Of a stretch of 38,414 nt of DNA, positions 10,301 to 16,308 are shown piece by piece. How positions within the stretch are numbered: position 1 is the stretch's first letter; each line of letters opens with the position of its first letter. The DNA comes from Flavobacteriales bacterium (GTDB taxonomy: Bacteria > Bacteroidota > Bacteroidia > Flavobacteriales_D > Sanyastnellaceae): positions 1 to 38,414 of the forward strand of contig DQKQ01000007.1 of the NCBI GenBank assembly GCA_015660615.1, in the 5' to 3' direction. Below the pieces are notes generated by a model. It was not told the DNA's origin. It searched no databases and was given only the letters and a program-made list of their open reading frames with translations. A program made the position numbers and the translations under genes.

Positions 10301-10605
10301 ATATTGTTATAGACAAGAATTTGAACAGGGCCTTCTAAATTGTTGCCGAAATACGGCTTCAAATCTTTCGCTGAATGATTGACTATTCCCGCGATATCCC
10401 CTGCAAGCTCCTTTCCTCCTTGATAATAGTAAATTTCAAAGATTCCTTCAGAGTGATATTGCCAAACAAAATCCCTATACTGAACTCTATTCTTTCCGAA
10501 CTCTACTTGAAGTCCGTCATAAAACTGAGCATAGAAACTGTTTCCGCTTAAAAACAGACCAGCTAAAAGCAGCGATATTGAATATAATATTTCTCTATGG
10601 CGCAT
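7363..10605 (-). CDS. Large secreted outer-membrane protein: N-terminal domain of unknown function, PD40/TolB-like beta-propeller repeats, and a C-terminal Omp85-type beta-barrel
   Basis: 1080 aa. The signal peptide ends FYA-Q. PD40-like motifs SPDGETIAF, HPNGEQFTY, SPDGRSIVFS and TKDGKSIIFSSNR lie at about aa 315-545. The C-terminal part carries LGGMDNS...MRGFANN...NAELRVPVW...FIGFADIGSAWTG...GYGMRSRV and ends in SLNFDF, resembling the Omp85 L6 RGF motif and a terminal aromatic residue. Confidence 0.6.
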   Translation of the reverse strand: MRHREILYSISLLLAGLFLSGNSFYAQFYDGLQVEFGKNRVQYRDFVWQYHSEGIFEIYYYQGGKELAGDIAGIVNHSAKDLKPYFGNNLEGPVQILVYNNIAEFRQSNMGVFNNDSGNDNIGGTAKIIGNKLFIYGTGDRRRLEQDLKEGLARIALHQTLYRGGWQDALRNSSMLQIPDWFEEGLVNYISTNKTAKANVHIFDSARSRALATIDRSEGTEAGELGGAVWDYVADVYGIPAIANVIYMVRVSRSVEGGFRFATGLRLKDLLSEVINYHLTETPKLYGELLPPNIGRKNHKIALKNGGNLGFNLRKRYDYLCFSLSPDGETIAFITDERGQWRVWTYNINEDKIERWAQHGHKLDLIKSGLTPTIAWHPNGEQFTYTIVKKGQPVLVTVRLGEKPVEKELFKIDEVLSMDYSPDGRSIVFSGMSNGRSDLYIYRVIGNLQEPLWRDRFDDLHPRYTKDGKSIIFSSNRPDSKLREDRDNMPFNSNLDLFIYHIDEEIKPIEQLVNTPLIDERYPVPLRGQEFVYLSEFEDGSQEMNWGWADSTILSIDTIIRYRTFFDTRVISKLDIPVLNFSCDTAGGFCYGNTYTMRHLFRADLGRVPETKQRTSNQFELTDGGFDANNDGVFIAPNWSILYSKTEVDIRNYRFKFEDQNKEESEEKLPEVDKTTQAIVSNVKIKPSNYRLNFSLQKLQSQVSNAFGSQFYRAYDGTSSFQPGLGNATEIRISDLFDDKHIIAGFNIPANLSNSLVGISYFDLSQKVDRMFSFQRQGSTSLDPLSYSLVESQSHFARYRLTYPIDEVKSIRAGAVIRLDRAVIQGTEMFSLIAPNRWTDQIGFNISFVHDDTRNPALNIREGLRAKVWAEIYLDGFNASFGTIGFDIRKYFRIYANSIIAFRAAGDWSIGELKLLHLLGGMDNSLSFSNNYGTPIDPSQSYAYQARITPMRGFANNARNGSNATVLNAELRVPVWSTIFKEPAKTDFIRNFQFIGFADIGSAWTGIHPYSEENTFNSTTIENNPITVIIDNNREPIIYDFGYGMRSRVMGYWIAADWGWGIDDGRVLPRKFTLSLNFDF

Positions 10606-10640
10606 TCTTTTACGAATCTACGTTAAAGTATTTTTACCGC

Positions 10641-11309
10641 ATGAATAGACTTCACTCTTTTGTTTTCAATGCTTTTTCAGAACAAACGTATTTACTCGAT
10701 CACGGAAATGGAGAGGCGACGGTATTCGACCCGGGAATGAGTTCGACTCAGGAGAGAGAGGCGTTTGAGGGGACTTGTGAAAGACTGGGAGTAGTGGTGG
10801 TTCAGTGCCTTCTTACGCACGCGCATTTAGATCATGTGATGGGAGCAAATTGGATTAAGCATAGATATGGTTGTGGGCCGAGGTTGCATCCCACTGACGA
10901 GCAGACATGGGTGCAGGCTCCTATTTCGGCTCAATTGTATGGAATTTCTTTTGACGAACTTCCGGATAGGGGTGAAGATTTAGGCGAGCATGGATCGACG
11001 ATAGAATGTGGAGACATAGAGCTCGAAATTAGATGTGCGCCTGGTCATAGCATAGGGCACGTAGTGTTTGTGTGTCACAAATCGAAGTTCGTGGTTGGGG
11101 GAGACGTGCTATTCTCGGGTAGTATTGGGAGAACAGATTTGCCTGGTGGAGATCCCGATGTACTTGCAAAGAACATAGAGGAGCAGTTGTATTCCCTAAG
11201 TGATGATTATACGATTCATCCAGGTCATGGAGGGGCGACAAGTATTGGGAAGGAGAAGAGTTCTAATCCGTTTGTCAATGGAGCAGGAACGGGAATGCTT
11301 CAGCGCTAA
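10641..11309 (+). CDS. MBL-fold metallo-hydrolase (glyoxalase II / YcbL-like)
   Basis: THAHLDH metal motif, APGHSIGH and GRTDLPGG, about 220 aa. ATG 10641 (MNRLHSFVF) is preferred to the track start 10578, which would overlap the divergent gene. Confidence 0.85.
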   Translation: MNRLHSFVFNAFSEQTYLLDHGNGEATVFDPGMSSTQEREAFEGTCERLGVVVVQCLLTHAHLDHVMGANWIKHRYGCGPRLHPTDEQTWVQAPISAQLYGISFDELPDRGEDLGEHGSTIECGDIELEIRCAPGHSIGHVVFVCHKSKFVVGGDVLFSGSIGRTDLPGGDPDVLAKNIEEQLYSLSDDYTIHPGHGGATSIGKEKSSNPFVNGAGTGMLQR

Positions 11310-11311
11310 GA

Positions 11312-11333
11312 GCGCCTTTTTGATATAAAGCGC
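11312..11333. terminator. Weak hairpin between the convergent MBL and ACR3 genes
   Basis: GCGC(C)TTT-TTGATAT-AAAGCGC: a 7-bp stem with one bulge, sitting in the 34-nt convergent gap. Confidence 0.25.
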
Positions 11334-11343
11334 CATAGGGCGA

Positions 11344-12357
11344 TTAGGCAAGGCGACGTGAAAGTTGGACTAGAAGTAAGAGGGCGGGGACTTCGATGAG
11401 GGGTCCTATAACGCCCACGAAGGCTTCTGAGGAGTGAAGTCCGAATACACCGATAGATACCGCTATGGCGAGTTCGAAGTTGTTACCTGCAGCTGTAAAA
11501 GCTACTGCGCGATTTTTAGGTTGGTCAATCCCTAGCTTGACGCCTGTGAAATAGCTTAAGATCCACATTCCGAAGAAGTATAGTAGGAGGGGAATTGAGA
11601 CGAGAATTACATCTGAGGTTTGGTCTAAAATACGGGCACCTTGGAGGGAGAACATCACAACGATGGTGAAGAGTAGGGATATGAGGGTGAGGGGGGCTAT
11701 TCTGGGGAGAAATGAGTTCGTGTACCAGTTGAGACTTTTAATGCGTATGAGAAGGGCTCGTCCACCTATGCCTAGAAGAAAAGGAATTCCTAAGTAAAGC
11801 CCTACGTTAGTTGCTACCATAGTGAAGGGCACATCTATCGCTATTCCGTCCATACCAAGCCAAGTGGGTAATATTGAGAGGAAGAAGTATGCGTAGAAGC
11901 TGAATGTGAAGACTTGAAAGAGGGAGTTGAGAGCTACTAAGGCTGCTCCGTATGTCCTGTCTCCGTCTGCGAGGTCATTCCAAACGAGCACCATCGCTAT
12001 GCATCTCGCCAACCCTATAAGCACCACTCCCGTCATGAGTTCTGGTCTGTCACCTAAGAAATAGGCAGCGAGGAAGAACATGAAAAGTGGGCCTACAATC
12101 CAGTTGAGGATGAGGGAAAGTGAAAGAAGCTTTTTATCCTTTAGCACTTCAGGAAGGGTGCGGTAATCCACCTTTGCAAGAGGAGGATACATCATAACTA
12201 TCAGGCCTATTGCAATAGGGATATTTATTCCCTTGTATGCTATAAGATCTATCGAATCCGAGATCCCAGGAATCCATGATCCCAGAACAACTCCCAAAGC
12301 CATAGCTAGGAAGATCCAAATCGTGAGATACCTGTCTAGAAAGCCGAGTCTCTTCAA
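11344..12357 (-). CDS. acr3: ACR3-family arsenite efflux permease
   Basis: 337 aa. The N-terminal LGFLDRYLTIWIFLAM motif and 10-TM layout are characteristic of ACR3. The start codon is TTG (12357-12355), 1 nt after the TAA of the upstream gene. Confidence 0.9.
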   Translation of the reverse strand: MKRLGFLDRYLTIWIFLAMALGVVLGSWIPGISDSIDLIAYKGINIPIAIGLIVMMYPPLAKVDYRTLPEVLKDKKLLSLSLILNWIVGPLFMFFLAAYFLGDRPELMTGVVLIGLARCIAMVLVWNDLADGDRTYGAALVALNSLFQVFTFSFYAYFFLSILPTWLGMDGIAIDVPFTMVATNVGLYLGIPFLLGIGGRALLIRIKSLNWYTNSFLPRIAPLTLISLLFTIVVMFSLQGARILDQTSDVILVSIPLLLYFFGMWILSYFTGVKLGIDQPKNRAVAFTAAGNNFELAIAVSIGVFGLHSSEAFVGVIGPLIEVPALLLLVQLSRRLA

Positions 12358-12358
12358 T

Positions 12359-13408
12359 TTAGTCTGTTATTGTATGTGGTGGGGTTATTGGAGGAGGTTC
12401 GTCAGAAGCATTATAATTAACAGAATCTTCAGTAGCTGGTGATGTTTCATCATGTGTTAAGTTTTGGTCTGTTCCGTAATGGATAGCTACGACTATTGCC
12501 ACACTTACTATTAGCCCCACAATGAGCTTTAGGAAATCCTTTGCTACAATAGGGAAAATCACCTTTATGTTTCCCTTCTTAGTTATGCCAGTATTTAGAG
12601 CAAGCTCACGACCGCAAAGCAGTCCCACAAACACCCATGTCGTAGACATAGGTATGTTATTCATTTGTTTAAAATAAAGCAATAGCAAAGCAAATGTAAG
12701 GTCAATTAAGGTTGCTGATCTAACGTACTTTGTACTCTGTTTATCTAGAACAATCTGCTGAATTTTACCCCCTTGACTGTAGAAGATATTTGCTAAACCA
12801 GCCACGAAGAATAGAATGATGAGCACGAGTTGCCAAGCCTCTATTTGTCGTGGTAAGAATACAGCGATGTTTGCTATGTCATGAGACAACCAGGTGAACC
12901 ATAAAAACCCAGTACTGATCCATTGAAATACCCTCCAGAATGGTTTGTATTTTTCACTAATATCATTTTTCTCATTTATTATACGTGATATAATAAGCCA
13001 AAGAACATATGCAACTATTGCCGCAAGTCCGTATCCCAGCATACTCTTTAGTAACATTGAACCAATGACGGCTTGCGCAGCGAAAGCGGAAAGCACAAGG
13101 AATGATGTAGAAACAGGAATTCCTTTCCTCGTTAGGGCTACTAAAGCTAGAGGTGCCATAGCGTGGTACCATTGTGGTTCTATGTATGGAATCTTTGTGA
13201 GACGCCCGAAAGAAATATCTCCATCTCCGGTGTACCATCCGTAAACTAACGTAACTATAAGAACGCTAGAAGCGGCAATCCACAGCTGCCACCACTTAAA
13301 ACGCTCTCGATTTGATGCTATCCAAGTTCCTAATGTTTGAACGCTATCGTTAGCGATAACTGAGTATCCTGCTAGGATGAACCCGATGGTTGTAAATAAA
13401 GCTACCAT
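12359..13408 (-). CDS. Short, divergent PHO4/PiT-superfamily permease (putative phosphate or oxyanion transporter)
   Basis: 349-aa polytopic protein with a duplicated motif set: ANDSVQTLGT ... GIPVSTSFLVLS in the first half and SHDIANIAVF ... NIPMSTTWVFVG in the second. Compare the PiT signature GANDVANSFGT and E. coli PitA FHDTANAV / GMPVSTTHVLSS, both recalled from memory. Confidence 0.5.
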   Translation of the reverse strand: MVALFTTIGFILAGYSVIANDSVQTLGTWIASNRERFKWWQLWIAASSVLIVTLVYGWYTGDGDISFGRLTKIPYIEPQWYHAMAPLALVALTRKGIPVSTSFLVLSAFAAQAVIGSMLLKSMLGYGLAAIVAYVLWLIISRIINEKNDISEKYKPFWRVFQWISTGFLWFTWLSHDIANIAVFLPRQIEAWQLVLIILFFVAGLANIFYSQGGKIQQIVLDKQSTKYVRSATLIDLTFALLLLYFKQMNNIPMSTTWVFVGLLCGRELALNTGITKKGNIKVIFPIVAKDFLKLIVGLIVSVAIVVAIHYGTDQNLTHDETSPATEDSVNYNASDEPPPITPPHTITD

Positions 13409-13410
13409 GT

Positions 13411-13499
13411 CTTAACTTTTATATGATCGGTTAATTCCGGCCCAAGTTCAGTTAAAATTACTTGTGCTAAACCAATTTCAAGGTTAAGGAAATGTTAAG
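13411..13499 (-). promoter_or_regulatory. Array of helically phased GTTAA(G/A/T) repeats upstream of the PiT-like/ACR3 genes; candidate OmpR/PhoB-type response-regulator site
   Basis: GTTAAT at 13430-13435, GTTAAA at 13451-13456, GTTAAG at 13483-13488 and GTTAAG at 13494-13499, with spacings of 21, 32 and 11 nt. There is also an inverted copy, CTTAAC, at 13411-13416. A -7-like box TAATTTTA on the minus strand lies at 13453-13460. Confidence 0.4.
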
Positions 13500-13518
13500 T
13501 TATAGTATTGTAGAGTAC

Positions 13519-14556
13519 TTACACCTTTTTTAGCGTAAAACTGAAAGTCGTGCCTTCTTTAAATGTAGATCTTACGTGGAGATTTCCTCCGTGGGCTTCT
13601 ACGATGTGCTTGACGATTGCCAGTCCGAGGCCTGAACCCCCTGCGTGACGGGAGCGGCTTTTATCGACACGGTAGAACCTTTCGTATATTCTGAGTAGGT
13701 CTTCTTCTTTGATTCCTATGCCGTCGTCCGCCACTTCTACAAGAATATTATCTCCCATATCGTAAAATCTCACCCTCGTCTTCCCTCCATCCTTCCCATA
13801 ATTTATGGAGTTAACAAGAAGGTTAGAGAGTACCTGTTCGATTTTTTGAGGATCACATAGGACAATAAAATCCTCTGTATACCTAACTTTCAAATTAACG
13901 TTAGCGTCCTTTGCTTTGCGTTCTAGGTTATCTACTATATCGTTGCTTAACTCCACTATATTTACAGGTTCGGGATCTATTGTCATCACACCAGACTCGA
14001 TTTTAGAAATACTATCTAAGTCTTCTAGAAGCCCCGTCATCCTATCAATATTCTTCTCTGCCTTTGATAAAAATTTACGATTTATTTCCGGATTATCTAA
14101 GCCAACCTCGAGAAGGGTTAGGATAAATCCCTGAATGTTAAATAATGGAGTTTTTAGCTCGTGAGCTAAGTTCCCGATGAAGTCTTTTCTGAAGGAGTCT
14201 GTTTCACGTAGGAGGGTTATTTCTTTAATTTGGTCTTCAGCCCACTCCATTACATCTTGATTGGCAGTCTCTACGACGTCTTCATCCATATTTATTGACG
14301 GCTCATCACCACCCTTGATTTTACTAATGGTCTTGTAAAGGACTTTAATCCTATGATCGATAAATTTTTCAACGGCATTGTAAATCACGAAATAGCTGAT
14401 TTCCTCTAGGAGAATTCCAACTACAATAGCTACGGCCCAAAGCTCAAAGGCTTCCGCTAGCCACAATACAGTAATCGTAGCCAAAGCGCCCATAACGCCT
14501 ATGAAAATTGAGGATTGCCTTGCGACATCTTTAGGGGTGCGCTCTATTTGACTCAA
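13519..14556 (-). CDS. PhoR-like sensor histidine kinase (HisKA plus HATPase_c; two N-terminal TM helices with essentially no periplasmic loop)
   Basis: H box FIGNLAHELKTPL, N box LLVNSINYG, G boxes DDGIGI and GGSGLGLAIVKHIVEAHGG, plus ERFYRVDKSRSR as in PhoR. The start is TTG, 2 nt after the response-regulator stop. Confidence 0.85.
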   Translation of the reverse strand: MSQIERTPKDVARQSSIFIGVMGALATITVLWLAEAFELWAVAIVVGILLEEISYFVIYNAVEKFIDHRIKVLYKTISKIKGGDEPSINMDEDVVETANQDVMEWAEDQIKEITLLRETDSFRKDFIGNLAHELKTPLFNIQGFILTLLEVGLDNPEINRKFLSKAEKNIDRMTGLLEDLDSISKIESGVMTIDPEPVNIVELSNDIVDNLERKAKDANVNLKVRYTEDFIVLCDPQKIEQVLSNLLVNSINYGKDGGKTRVRFYDMGDNILVEVADDGIGIKEEDLLRIYERFYRVDKSRSRHAGGSGLGLAIVKHIVEAHGGNLHVRSTFKEGTTFSFTLKKV

Positions 14557-14558
14557 GA

Positions 14559-15242
14559 TTACCCGTTAAATTTATAACCCACTCCCTTGATGGTGGTGAT
14601 ATGCTCTTCGCCTAATTTCTCTCTCAACTTGCGGATATGCACGTCTATCGTTCTGTCTCCTACAACCACTTCTGTACCCCAAACCTTATCCATTATCTCT
14701 TCACGAGTTTTTACCTCGCCCGTGTTTTTGCAAAGCAAAGTCAAGAGTTTAAACTCTTTCTTTGGAAGATTAACTTCTTGATCTCCGACAAATATGATGT
14801 GCTTTTTTAAATCTATTTTTAGAGGGCCAGTTTTTATAACACCTTCTTCAGAATCATCTGTTTTCACGGTTCGCTTTAATAGAGCTTTTACTCTGCTCAT
14901 AAGGACCTTAGGCTTTATAGGCTTAAGAATGTAGTCATCAGCTCCTGCTTCGAAGCCTGCTATTTGGCTGTAATCTTCACCCCTCGCCGTGAGAAATGCT
15001 ACCACTATTTCTTTTTCTGTATCTAAGTTTCGTATTTCCTCACACGTTTGAATCCCATCCATTTGGGGCATCATCATGTCTAAAAGTATTAAATCGGGAA
15101 GAAATTCCTGAGCGACTTTTACTCCCTCTAGACCGTTTTGTGCTACTCGAACTTCGTACCCTGCGTTCTCTAAGTTGTAGGATAAGAAATCTAGGATGTC
15201 CCTTTCATCATCTACCAAGAGTATTTTCTTCACATCTTCCAC
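14559..15242 (-). CDS. OmpR/PhoB-family response regulator (receiver plus winged helix)
   Basis: KKILLVDDE and DLILLDMMMP (receiver Asp), with C-terminal RTIDVHIRKLREKL...IKGVGYKF. The start is GTG at 15242, or GTG at 15233 giving MKKILLVDDE. Confidence 0.9.
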   Translation of the reverse strand: MEDVKKILLVDDERDILDFLSYNLENAGYEVRVAQNGLEGVKVAQEFLPDLILLDMMMPQMDGIQTCEEIRNLDTEKEIVVAFLTARGEDYSQIAGFEAGADDYILKPIKPKVLMSRVKALLKRTVKTDDSEEGVIKTGPLKIDLKKHIIFVGDQEVNLPKKEFKLLTLLCKNTGEVKTREEIMDKVWGTEVVVGDRTIDVHIRKLREKLGEEHITTIKGVGYKFNG

Positions 15243-15243
15243 C

Positions 15244-16308
15244 TTAGTCTTTAATTCTGTTGAATTTAAGTGCTAAGAGCATCCATTTAGGGAAAGGTTT
15301 AAAGGGAGCTCGTTTTTGCACATTTATAAAGAGACCTAATTTTTCTAAGATAGGTATTTTATGAACTTCGATAAATTCTATCCAGCACTCGTCAGGGTCG
15401 TCTATATATGTGCAGTGAACAGATGTATGATCTCCCATACTTAAAGCATTGTCCGTATCACATCTAAACTTGAATCCTTCTTTTTGCAACTCCTCCCCAA
15501 GCTCCTTCATTCCCCTCACATCGAAACCAAGGTGGACGATTCCCTTATCAGACCAGATCCTGTCTTCAAAAATAAATCTACCCTTTCTATTTAGTGCTAC
15601 GACTAACTCTATGTATGTTCTGCCCATCAATGAGGAGAACCCTCCAGTGCCACGATTAGATTGAGTTAGCAAAACCCTGTGGTAATTCTGCTCACCACCA
15701 GGTAAATGAGCCCAATCTTCAAAAACACCCTTTTTATCGTAAAGCACTTTATCGTACCCAAGTTTGTTTTTGTATAGCTTTAAAGAGTTCTCCATATCAC
15801 TAACTCCTATAGTTCCTCCTAATATCCCTCCACTTGGGTGGCCGTTATTTGTGAACCAATTGTCTGATTCTAAGATTTGGAATAAATTCCCATCGAAATC
15901 TCTCAAGAAAAACGTAAGCCTTCCGAGTGGATCTATCACCATTTCTTGATCGCAAGTATTTGGTATAACGCTGAGCGCGTGTTCATGCATCTTCCTTATG
16001 TCGGGAGTCTTAACCATAGCAGATCCTATTCCTAGGTCTCCTTGCCTTATTACGAAAACAGGCCCTTGAGGCTTAAATGAAGTTGGAAAAATGACCTCAA
16101 CGGCAGCACCGCCTTGGTGATTCAACACCATGCTGGCTCTCTTTACGATCGTTTCTCCTTTGCAGTGAGAATTCATAAGCGGAGCAGGAGCTACAGCGTC
16201 GAAAAATGGCATGTCTAATCCGAATAACTTTCTATAGAGCTTAAGACTGGCATCCATATCTGACACTGCAATGCCGATATGCTGTATGCCTTGAATAACG
16301 TAACTCAT
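15244..16308 (-). CDS. Two-domain VOC (glyoxalase / bleomycin-resistance / dioxygenase) family protein
   Basis: IQHIGIAVSDMDASLKLYRKLFGL opens the first VOC module, and a second module begins GGTIGVSDMENSLKLYKNKLGY. ATG 16308 is preferred because it forms an ATGA overlap with the upstream gene's stop. Confidence 0.7.
   Translation of the reverse strand: MSYVIQGIQHIGIAVSDMDASLKLYRKLFGLDMPFFDAVAPAPLMNSHCKGETIVKRASMVLNHQGGAAVEVIFPTSFKPQGPVFVIRQGDLGIGSAMVKTPDIRKMHEHALSVIPNTCDQEMVIDPLGRLTFFLRDFDGNLFQILESDNWFTNNGHPSGGILGGTIGVSDMENSLKLYKNKLGYDKVLYDKKGVFEDWAHLPGGEQNYHRVLLTQSNRGTGGFSSLMGRTYIELVVALNRKGRFIFEDRIWSDKGIVHLGFDVRGMKELGEELQKEGFKFRCDTDNALSMGDHTSVHCTYIDDPDECWIEFIEVHKIPILEKLGLFINVQKRAPFKPFPKWMLLALKFNRIKD

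Noticed and set aside
10606-10640. A -7-like box, TATTTTTA (10629-10636), suggesting a leaderless MBL transcript
   Set aside because: It is only a 7/8 match in a 35-nt AT-rich divergent gap, with no upstream TTTG. I cannot distinguish it from chance without transcription-start data.
12945-13244. Overlapping 99-aa plus-strand ORF and 88-aa minus-strand ORF (12972..13238) inside the PiT-like gene
   Set aside because: Both are fully embedded in a gene whose frame carries duplicated transporter motifs. They have no start context, no promoter box and odd composition, so they are most likely chance ORFs.
15244-16308. The VOC protein as an ArsI-type C-As lyase belonging to an ars cluster with ACR3
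   Set aside because: ArsI is a single-module protein of about 160 aa with a vicinal Cys pair, as far as I recall. This protein has two modules (354 aa) and no CC pair, and the two-component genes and the permease separate it from ACR3. Nothing supports the link beyond the fold family.
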